The position numbers and the translations under genes are program-made. Shown in pieces: positions 37,464 through 45,085 of a stretch of 64,000 nucleotides of DNA (position 1 is the stretch's first letter; each line of letters starts with the position of its first letter). Origin of the DNA: Candidatus Dojkabacteria bacterium (lineage in GTDB: Bacteria > Patescibacteriota > Dojkabacteria > J137). The notes under the pieces were generated by a model, which was not told the DNA's origin, did no database searches, and saw nothing but the letters and a program-made list of their open reading frames with translations. Location of the stretch: the NCBI GenBank assembly GCA_040006935.1, contig JBDTVZ010000001.1:18218-82217 (forward strand). The letters run 5' to 3'.

Positions 37464-37700
37464 ATTGGTCCCTCTTGTAATGACAAGTGCACCTGAGATT
37501 CATAAGGTACACAGATTTACCCTGTCGAAGGCATGGTCTGCGCCCCTGTTATTCGTATGGGGTCCAGCCACCTGCCTGACTGCGCACACAGGCACGGTGA
37601 CTGGACCTTCATTAAGTGCCAAGTTAAAGAGTGTTGTAACATCATGCAGTAATAAACTGCCACGATCAAAAGATGAGGTGGTAAGGTCAACATAAAACTA
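37464..37700. ncRNA. GC-rich structured non-coding block (candidate RNA or element remnant, unknown class)
   Basis: Visibly GC-rich in an AT-rich genome. Near-perfect long hairpin GGTCCAGCCACCTGCCTG-actgcgcaca-CAGGCACGGTGACTGGACC, plus smaller hairpins (CCCC...GGGG, GGTA...TACC). The 76-aa ORF here has no protein-like features. Confidence 0.3.
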
Positions 37701-37742
37701 AAGCTAATAAATTCGCTAAGATTTATAGCAGTATAGCAATAA

Positions 37743-37770
37743 CAAAAAAAACTGGATTTTACTCCAGTCT
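37743..37770 (-). terminator. Rho-independent terminator of 37791..38156
   Basis: Minus strand reads GACTGGAgtaaaaTCCAGT followed by TTTTTTTT. Confidence 0.75.
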
Positions 37771-37790
37771 TTTAAACTTCTAAAAAGAAA

Positions 37791-38156
37791 TTATGCAGTC
37801 ACAGGTGTTTTTCCTTTGGTAGCTTCTGCTCTTGGAACTAGGAAGTAAATCAAGATTCCAATAATATTAAAGAAGAAACATAATACTGCCCATAATCCAG
37901 CGTTTTCAATTTTATGCTTAGTAGCATCTTTGTAAACCAAATAAGCTATTACAGAATCGATTAGTAATGGAACACAACAAACGCAAAGTAACCAAACAAA
38001 GCTAAACCCTAAACCTGCTGCACTTGCTGCTGCTGCATCTGCTGCTGTAGTCGTAGTGTATGGATAGTATGTTTGTGCAAATGCTGGTGTTGCAAGAAGT
38101 GTGAATCCAACAACTGCTGTTATCGCTGCAAGCGCTCTTGAGAAAATTTTTCTCAT
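37791..38156 (-). CDS. small membrane protein with signal peptide
   Basis: 121 aa. Signal-like N-terminus (...LLATPAFAQ), an Ala/Thr-rich stretch, then two TM helices with YKDATKHKIENAGLWAVLCFFFNIIGILIYFLV. Confidence 0.6.
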   Translation of the reverse strand: MRKIFSRALAAITAVVGFTLLATPAFAQTYYPYTTTTAADAAAASAAGLGFSFVWLLCVCCVPLLIDSVIAYLVYKDATKHKIENAGLWAVLCFFFNIIGILIYFLVPRAEATKGKTPVTA

Positions 38157-38287
38157 ATTGAATAAAAATAAAAAATAATAGATATACCGAAATAAGGTTT
38201 ACTTATAATATAACCATATAAGTAATTCCATGTCAAAAAAAACTGCACCCATAAATGAGTGCAGTATAATATCATATTCAATTGTAC

Positions 38288-38599
38288 TTAGCCTATCATT
38301 TTCTTTCTTTTAGAAATGATTTGCGATTTAAGCTTATGGGCAGCTGTTCCTATAGCTTTTCTCAAATCATGATCCTTAATGATAACAACAGGATTCTCTC
38401 TTTTAAAGTCTAGTACTTCTACATTTATTCTAAATATATTCCCGTGACCTTCTTTGGAGACTGAGATCTTAATTGTGCATTCAGTTTCATTAATTTTTTT
38501 TAGAATTTCTTCAACTTTCTTGAACATCCTAAAGCTAACTTCTTGAAGTGTTTCGAATGTAGGCTGTGTTAAATTTGGTGCGACAAATAAATATCTCAT
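38288..38599 (-). CDS. ribosome hibernation/ribosome-associated inhibitor (HPF/RaiA-like)
   Basis: 103 aa. The beta-alpha-beta pattern and C-terminal AIGTAAHKLKSQIISKRKK resemble the S30EA/RaiA family. Moderate confidence. Confidence 0.5.
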   Translation of the reverse strand: MRYLFVAPNLTQPTFETLQEVSFRMFKKVEEILKKINETECTIKISVSKEGHGNIFRINVEVLDFKRENPVVIIKDHDLRKAIGTAAHKLKSQIISKRKKMIG

Positions 38600-38908
38600 G
38601 GTATCGTCATTAAAAATTAAAATACCGTTTGAGAAGCTCCTCTAAATTAAGTATACTACCGAGTACTATATCGGGCAAATATAATCTCTATCATCAGTGT
38701 AGTATTAAGGATAGAAAAAATAGAGAGTTCGTGAAATCTGATCGTGAAAACATAGAGCCAGTAATCTTTAGTTGATTTAGCTAACATTCATCGGAAATTC
38801 ACAAATGCTAAAAAACTATAATGTTTAAAGTTACAAAGTTTGAATAACCTTTTAACATTTTAACTTTTGAGCATTGCAACATATTTCTTAATTTTTAATT
38901 AATTTATA

Positions 38909-39295
38909 ATGAGTAACACAAAAAACGATGACTTATTAACAAATGAGAATCTGGATAAAGTAGAGGAATACTTTAAACTTAAAGGAGTTATTAAGACTTT
39001 GAGAAACGACTTAAAAGATATTAAAGACTCTTTAGAAGCTCAAATAGAATTAGAAAAGATAAATAAGAAAGTAAAAGAACTTAGAGATAAAGTAAAAGGA
39101 GACGAGACTGTTTTTGAACTATCCGAAAAGCTTTCCACTACAAGAGAAAGATTAGATTTAATTAAAGAATTAATCAGAATTGATTTAATTGAAACTGCTC
39201 AAGAAGAAGTAAAACGAGATGGGAAAAAATTAAAGTTAGTACATGTTTTAAAAGAAGTCAAAGACGATGGGAAAGATGAGAAAAAGAAATCCTAA
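38909..39295 (+). CDS. coiled-coil hypothetical protein
   Basis: 128 aa, K/E/L-rich heptad-like sequence. Confidence 0.5.
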   Translation: MSNTKNDDLLTNENLDKVEEYFKLKGVIKTLRNDLKDIKDSLEAQIELEKINKKVKELRDKVKGDETVFELSEKLSTTRERLDLIKELIRIDLIETAQEEVKRDGKKLKLVHVLKEVKDDGKDEKKKS

Positions 39296-39409
39296 GCACT
39301 AAACTCTAAATCCTAAACAAATTATAATAACCAAATGTTTTAAATTTAAAATATTTGAATTTTGGAAATTGTTTAGTATTTAGTAATTAGATTTTATAGC
39401 TTAATTAAT

Positions 39410-40207
39410 ATGCGTAAATTCACTCCTTACGAAATTAATCAATTAATAAAATTTGGATTTGATCCATTTGAACTAGCTTCCGAAGTAGATGCAAATATTC
39501 CTGTAGAATACATAACTGGTAAAGCAGAATTTCGAGGGGAAATCTATGAAGTATCAAAAGATGTATTAATTCCAAGAGTAGAGACAGAAGGAATTATTAA
39601 TATTGCATTAAATAAAATTGAAGATCGAAGTCGTAAATACGAAAAAATTACTTTTGCTGATGTAGGAACTGGTTCTGGTGCAATAGGAATTAGTTTTGCA
39701 CTTGAGTTAGAAAAATTAATTATTCCATACAATTGCTACTTATCAGATAAATCACAAAAAGCACTTGATGTTGCGAGAAAGAATGTTGAAGAAATGCTGG
39801 TTAAAAGAAAAGTAAATTGTTTTACATATCAAAAAGAAGAAAGTTCTGTAAAGATTGTAGAGTCAGATTTGTTAAGTAATTACCCAAAGAAAATCCAGTT
39901 TGATGTTATCTTTGCTAATCTTCCGTATATTCCTTCTTCACGAATAGATACGTTAGATTCCAGTGTAAAAGATTATGAACCTATGATTGCTCTTGATGGC
40001 GGAACAGATGGTTTAAAGTTTATAAGAGAACTATTACAACAGGCAGAGTTAAAATTAGCCAATCACGGAATCATACTTCTTGAAGTTGATGATAATCATG
40101 ATGAAGAATTTTTAAAGTCTCAAGAATCTATTCTTCATAAATTTAATACCGAACTAAAGAAAGATCAATTCGGAAGAACTAGATTCTGGATCTGTACTCT
40201 AAAATAA
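39410..40207 (+). CDS. prmC: release-factor glutamine N5-methyltransferase (PrmC/HemK family)
   Basis: VLIPRVETE, DVGTGSGAIGISFA, ANLPYIP (NPPY variant), YEPMIALDGGTDGL. Confidence 0.8.
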   Translation: MRKFTPYEINQLIKFGFDPFELASEVDANIPVEYITGKAEFRGEIYEVSKDVLIPRVETEGIINIALNKIEDRSRKYEKITFADVGTGSGAIGISFALELEKLIIPYNCYLSDKSQKALDVARKNVEEMLVKRKVNCFTYQKEESSVKIVESDLLSNYPKKIQFDVIFANLPYIPSSRIDTLDSSVKDYEPMIALDGGTDGLKFIRELLQQAELKLANHGIILLEVDDNHDEEFLKSQESILHKFNTELKKDQFGRTRFWICTLK

Positions 40208-40208
40208 C

Positions 40209-40964
40209 TTACTCGAGAAACGTAAGTGCATACATCAGTGCAAACCCTATCACAAACATTGATATCTCAATCACATATTTTTTTACTCCAGACTTTTCGT
40301 GTATTTCAGGTAAAAGATCAGCCAATGCAATATAAATAAATTGGCCAGCAGCTAAAGGGATTAGAAACTTCTGTGCACCTTGAACATAATTACTTAATAT
40401 TAAAGTGAACACGGCTCCGGCCACAGCTGTTAACGCAGTCAGAAAATTTACTATTAAAACTTTCTTTTTAGACCAGCCAGAATACAAAAGGATTCCGACA
40501 TCAGCAAATTCTTGTGGAATCTCATGAACAATAATGGCAATAGTACTTGCTACTCCAGCAATCGGACTTACCAAAAAACTTGCTGCAATTGCAATTCCAT
40601 CTAAAAAATTATGTATTCCATCTCCAAATGTATTTAAATTTGCTAAAACTGATTTTTTAACATGCTCATGCTTATATTCATCTGAAGTATCATGGCTACA
40701 ATGAAAATATGCCTCTATCACTAACATTAATAAAATTCCTGCAAAAACAAAAACCATTGCTTCAATACTATAGCCATTTTCCGAAATACTTTCTCCTATC
40801 AAATGAAGGAAAGCGTCACCCAACAAGGCTCCCGCAGCAAATGCAATTAAAGAAGTTATAAAATTACTTTTTTCAGAAATTTTTCTAAAAAATAATAAAA
40901 CGCCTACAAATGAGATTAAACTCACAATAAAAGTTGCAAGCAGAGAATATAATAAAGTTTCCAT
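40209..40964 (-). CDS. zupT: ZIP family zinc/metal transporter (ZupT-like)
   Basis: Polytopic. HNFLDGIAIA, HEIPQEFADVGILL, and a His-rich loop SHDTSDEYKHEH. ATG 40964 preferred over the longer ORF. Confidence 0.8.
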   Translation of the reverse strand: METLLYSLLATFIVSLISFVGVLLFFRKISEKSNFITSLIAFAAGALLGDAFLHLIGESISENGYSIEAMVFVFAGILLMLVIEAYFHCSHDTSDEYKHEHVKKSVLANLNTFGDGIHNFLDGIAIAASFLVSPIAGVASTIAIIVHEIPQEFADVGILLYSGWSKKKVLIVNFLTALTAVAGAVFTLILSNYVQGAQKFLIPLAAGQFIYIALADLLPEIHEKSGVKKYVIEISMFVIGFALMYALTFLE

Positions 40965-41002
40965 ATTACAATTTAATAAATAAATTTCTTTCCTGCCTAC
41001 CA

Positions 41003-41359
41003 TTAGGCATGGCAATCTTCACATTTTCCTTTTAAATTAAGTTCAAAATTTTCAAGACTAGCACCATTAGGAATAACTTGTTTTAAGAATTTATCATCTA
41101 CTTCTACATGCACAACCTTTTCGCAATTATTACAAATAAAATGTTGATGATGATCTCCAATTTTGCTTAATTCATAACTCATAACACCTTTTTTTACATT
41201 AACTTCCCTCAAAATGCCTTGCTCTACAAATAAAGATAAGTTTCTATAAATAGTTGCCCTGTCTATATCTGGAATTAAACCACAGACTTGGCTAGCTGTT
41301 AAAAGGAAACCATTAGAAAATAATTTTAATATTCTGTCTCTTTTCTTCGAATTTTTCAT
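41003..41359 (-). CDS. zur: Fur family transcriptional regulator (Zur-like)
   Basis: 118 aa. Winged helix (ATIYRNLSLFVEQGIL), HHQHFICNNCEKV...CEDC metal sites. Directly upstream of the ZIP transporter. Confidence 0.8.
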   Translation of the reverse strand: MKNSKKRDRILKLFSNGFLLTASQVCGLIPDIDRATIYRNLSLFVEQGILREVNVKKGVMSYELSKIGDHHQHFICNNCEKVVHVEVDDKFLKQVIPNGASLENFELNLKGKCEDCHA

Positions 41360-41389
41360 ATATAAATGCGATTAAGTTGCGAAGATAAT

Positions 41390-41408
41390 AATGCAACATT
41401 GTCGCATT
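41390..41408. promoter_or_regulatory. candidate Fur/Zur operator palindrome
   Basis: AATGCAACATTGTCGCATT is an imperfect 8-3-8 palindrome, 31 nt upstream of the zur start. A related half-site-like TGCGA-N6-TGCGA lies at 41367-41383. Confidence 0.4.
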
Positions 41409-41498
41409 GTCAAATATTACTTATAGTTATTTTTAATTGAGTAAAATTGTTCTCTGTATACAATTATTTATCACGAAACTACAGCATATAGTATTTCC

Positions 41499-41527
41499 TT
41501 GACTTACTTATCACAACTTTCTAAAGT
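41499..41527 (+). promoter_or_regulatory. sigma70-like promoter (TTGACT-17-TAAAGT)
   Basis: TTGACT 41499-41504, a 17-nt spacer, and TAAAGT 41522-41527. Heads the long leader of 41867..43858. Confidence 0.4.
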
Positions 41528-41555
41528 ATAAGTTACAGCATTCTAAATATTTAGA

Positions 41556-41790
41556 AATTGGGAAAGAGGAGTAACTCAATTAAAAATTATAAATTTAAAG
41601 ATGAATAGCAAATGAGATTCTCTTTAATTGATTACTTTTAATTTTTAATTGTAAAATCTCCCACTGTGCCGCAACTGTGATGAGAGAGCTTGAGTTTATG
41701 AGAGGATAAGTTACGAATGAAAAATTCCCGTAACACAATTACTCATCATCTCATTCTCTATCTAAGTCAGAAAACCAATCTGTGCCTACA
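41556..41790 (+). promoter_or_regulatory. cobalamin-riboswitch-like aptamer (candidate)
   Basis: GTAAAATCTCCCACTGTGCCGCAACTGTGA (41651-41680) resembles the conserved GGTGAAAATCC...GCCCGCCACTGTGA core. AAGTCAGAAAACC (41764-41776) resembles the B12 box. TGGGAAAGAGGAGTAACTC is at 41559. Intervening hairpins TGATGAG/CTCATCA and GTTACG/CGTAAC. Confidence 0.4.
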
Positions 41791-41834
41791 AAGAATTTCT
41801 TTGGAGTCTACGAGCAATAGACATTAGTTTTTAG

Positions 41835-41861
41835 CAGTTGTACGCTCACAGCTGTTTTTTT
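41835..41861 (+). terminator. leader terminator (putative riboswitch expression platform)
   Basis: CAGTTGT-acgctc-ACAGCTG followed by TTTTTTT, ending 6 nt before the TTG start at 41867. Confidence 0.6.
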
Positions 41862-41866
41862 ACAAT

Positions 41867-43858
41867 TTGGAAGAGTTATTAGGTACAATAAATATAGATA
41901 GTCTAGAAGGAGAAAACTTTAATCAGGAAATCTTTAGTATTCTTGAAAAATACAATTCTCTTATAAATACTCTTCAAACCGAAGGGTTAGAATCTATAGA
42001 AATTATAGGGCATGAAATGGCTACCGTAACACTTTACAAAAACCTCTTCCGCGTACAACTAGAAAAGTTGTTGCAAACTCTACTAATAAAAGAAATAGAT
42101 AAACTGAGTAATGTGAACGAAAGGCAATTGCTTTCATCTATTACATTAGAAAATATTTCCATATTTTTAGAAAATGATTTGTTTCTTGATGGAAGTTCTA
42201 TTTCGAATACACTCAAAAATATTGTGGTGAATATAATGAATAAAGTAAACATTATTTCGGAGAATTGGACTTTCCTTTTAAACACAGACACCAGCGTTAG
42301 CCCAATTTTAAATAATATAAATAAGGAAGTTGAGTATTTATTTGCAGATAATGTTAATACTTTCTTAGGTGAAAACTTAATTTTAAGAGAAGATTTGTTT
42401 AAGGATAAGTTAAAAAATTTTGGTGTTGACGATCAAATTAAATTAATGGACTTAATAAAAGTAAATGGAGCGAGAAAGATTGAGTTTGGTTATGACATGG
42501 ATTTTGGAATGATTAAATACCTTATTGATTCTGCAATTAGGTGTAAGAATCAATTACATAACGAAAGAGAAGATATTGAGCTATTCAATTTAATTACAAT
42601 TCTAATTACTTTTTTTAGAAATAATTTAGGTACTCAGAAAATATTAGATGAAGTAATTAATATTTATGAGGATAGGCCGGAAGTAATCGCTCATTTAAAA
42701 TATTTAATGAATCTGGAGTTATTACCAAAACTAATAATAGAAAATAGTCCTCCTATATACAAGAAAGTCCAAAAAAATTTGATGTTTAGAATTTATGAAC
42801 ATACCGATGGTGGAGTAAAAGTACATATTCATTCCATACCTTACAGCCAAATTGATGCAGAAAAATCTATTGATGATTTTATAATTAATAATGGATTAGA
42901 AATACAATCATTTCCTAATAGTGTGAATAGACAAACTGAAAATAAAATACTTTCAAGACTAGTTGCAACTAATTTAAGTTTTGAAGAGGCCGTTAAGATG
43001 CACACAAGTATAAGTAAAATAGGGTTACAAACCATTAAAAATAACGACTCTTTATTAGATCCAATTCTCGAAAAACTAAACCATTCATTAAAACCTTTTG
43101 TAAAAGAGGTAGCACAAATACTTCCACAATTAATTAATGATCAACGACTAAGAGCACAGTATGTGGATCAATACGAAAGCAGAATTAAAGGAATTCATTT
43201 TCACCATGCACCAAAATCTAGTATTGAAACAGATTTAAGCGAAGCAGAACTCACGGATCTTCAAGAAAAAATTATGAAAAGAGTTATGGAAGGGCAAAGT
43301 TTCGAAGCAGCAATTGGAGATATTGTAGATAGAGAGGATTTTAATTTAAGAGTGGGATCTCAAGGGGATTGTGTTCAATTTGAGACAAAAATTGAGCAGG
43401 TCGCAGTAGTAGCACAAAAAAGTGAGGATTTATCTGGATATAAAGATGGCACAGTCCTAACTAGCAAGAAAGTGGAAGGAAATGGTTTTCAAAGTACAAT
43501 TAGAGAAAAGGTAATTGATGGGAAGAAGATTAATACAGTAACTTGTCTAGTTTGCCAAAAAGAATTTGATACTTGTAATGACAAATGCCCTGAATGTGAT
43601 ACATCTAGAGAAATGCAATATAACGCTATCTATAACGGGAATACTAGATTAGGGAAGGAGGCTATTAAGACTATTCAGGAAAGAATAGATCAAAAGAGAT
43701 CAGAAGTTGAGTCTCAACTAAATGACAATGTTGTAAAAGAAACTAACCAATCTATGGACCCTTGGCTTGGGAAAAAAGTTGAAGGAGTTTTTAGCCAGTT
43801 AATTTCTGTAGTAACATTTGGTGCTGTGAAGGAAAGCCCTAAATATTATGAGAATTAA
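41867..43858 (+). CDS. hypothetical protein with C-terminal zinc ribbon
   Basis: 663-aa ORF (TTG start in the track; first in-frame ATG ~50 codons in). CLVCQKEFDTCNDKCPECD near the C-terminus. No recognisable family. Confidence 0.55.
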   Translation: MEELLGTINIDSLEGENFNQEIFSILEKYNSLINTLQTEGLESIEIIGHEMATVTLYKNLFRVQLEKLLQTLLIKEIDKLSNVNERQLLSSITLENISIFLENDLFLDGSSISNTLKNIVVNIMNKVNIISENWTFLLNTDTSVSPILNNINKEVEYLFADNVNTFLGENLILREDLFKDKLKNFGVDDQIKLMDLIKVNGARKIEFGYDMDFGMIKYLIDSAIRCKNQLHNEREDIELFNLITILITFFRNNLGTQKILDEVINIYEDRPEVIAHLKYLMNLELLPKLIIENSPPIYKKVQKNLMFRIYEHTDGGVKVHIHSIPYSQIDAEKSIDDFIINNGLEIQSFPNSVNRQTENKILSRLVATNLSFEEAVKMHTSISKIGLQTIKNNDSLLDPILEKLNHSLKPFVKEVAQILPQLINDQRLRAQYVDQYESRIKGIHFHHAPKSSIETDLSEAELTDLQEKIMKRVMEGQSFEAAIGDIVDREDFNLRVGSQGDCVQFETKIEQVAVVAQKSEDLSGYKDGTVLTSKKVEGNGFQSTIREKVIDGKKINTVTCLVCQKEFDTCNDKCPECDTSREMQYNAIYNGNTRLGKEAIKTIQERIDQKRSEVESQLNDNVVKETNQSMDPWLGKKVEGVFSQLISVVTFGAVKESPKYYEN

Positions 43859-44901
43859 TTATTTATCTCATACTTAATCTTATCTTTCAAAGTATCAATT
43901 ATAGATTTCTTTCCTTTAGTTTCAGTAGACTTTAAGGATTCTAAGATACTCTTTTTATTTAAATCTTTCCCAAGAATCAAAAGTGCAGTTATTTTTTCTT
44001 CACCATTATCCCATTCTTTATAAGTGTAATCTTTTCTAGATACAACATATTGAAGAAGGTATTTCTTTGAATTATTCCTAGTATCTTTAATAGGTGCATT
44101 GTCAAAATATAAAAACCCTTTTGCCCTAATAACGTTTTTTGGAAACTTTCTTAAGACTTCTTCAAATTTATAAAAATCTAAGGGTACTTCAGATTTAAAG
44201 AAAATTTCGTCAATATTTTCATGATGATGCTCCACTTCACCTTCATGATCATGCGATTCATGACCTCCTTCCTCAACAATCTTCTGAAACTCTTCCAAAG
44301 TTTTTAAATCACTCATAGATCTATCTATTAAAATGGACATATCTAAATCATCATTAATTTCGTAAACTAATGCTTTTGGATTTAAACTGGTGACCAAATC
44401 CTTCAGTTGCTCTATCTTTTCTGGTCTGGATTTATTTATCTTAGAAATAAGAATTATATTAGCAGTTGAGACTTGAATCCTTGCGATGTCGTAATTATCA
44501 AATTGTTCTTCAAAATTAACAGCGTCTACCACACAAATCACGGCATCTAATTTAAAATCTTTCTCAAGGCTGGGATTATAAAAGGTTAAACCTAAAGCTA
44601 GAGGATCCGATAAACCTGAGGCTTCAAGAATAATATAGTTAGTTTCTGGATTTGCTTTCATTACTTTATTAAAAGCTGAAATTAAATCTCCTCTTGCAAC
44701 ACAGCAAACGCAACCATTGCTTAGTTCCACGACTTCATCTTCAGTTGGCACAAGAAATTGGCTTTCTAGCGAAACATCGCCGAATTCGTTTAAAATAACT
44801 CCTAGCTTTAAGTCCTTGTTATTTTCAATTATTTTGTTTAAAAAAGAGGTTTTACCTGCTCCTAAGAACCCTGTTATTAATGTTATTGGAATTCTAGACA
44901 C
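43855..44901 (-). CDS. COG0523/CobW-family GTPase metallochaperone (ZigA/YeiR-like)
   Basis: ITGFLGAGKTSFLNKI (P-loop), NGCVCCVARGDL (CxCC), EASGLSDP, His-rich HESHDHEGEVEHHHEN. Confidence 0.85.
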   Translation of the reverse strand: MSRIPITLITGFLGAGKTSFLNKIIENNKDLKLGVILNEFGDVSLESQFLVPTEDEVVELSNGCVCCVARGDLISAFNKVMKANPETNYIILEASGLSDPLALGLTFYNPSLEKDFKLDAVICVVDAVNFEEQFDNYDIARIQVSTANIILISKINKSRPEKIEQLKDLVTSLNPKALVYEINDDLDMSILIDRSMSDLKTLEEFQKIVEEGGHESHDHEGEVEHHHENIDEIFFKSEVPLDFYKFEEVLRKFPKNVIRAKGFLYFDNAPIKDTRNNSKKYLLQYVVSRKDYTYKEWDNGEEKITALLILGKDLNKKSILESLKSTETKGKKSIIDTLKDKIKYEINN

Positions 44902-45085
44902 GAAAAACTATTAAAAATTAAAAGAGATAATAGAATTATTATACATTATTAAAAATAGTCAAAAAAATAACTAATTACTAAATATGAAAACTTACGGATT
45001 GATTATTGGCTATTTGTTATTCGGCATTAATTAGCACTCGGGCTAACCTCTTGCTAAAATTAAAATCTGGTGATATTATGTCTGA

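Noticed and set aside
37465-37695. 76-aa ORF in the GC-rich block, considered as a protein gene
   Set aside because: It has no start context and no protein-like composition, and it spans strong RNA hairpins. It is treated as non-coding structured DNA/RNA instead.
37393-37700. Known housekeeping RNAs (RNase P RNA, SRP/4.5S RNA, tmRNA, 6S RNA) for the GC-rich block
   Set aside because: On neither strand did I find the hallmark motifs: GAGGAAAGTCC / ACAGAA for RNase P, the GGAA tetraloop with the AGCA symmetric loop for SRP, or a tRNA-like end and tag ORF for tmRNA. 6S cannot be judged by eye.
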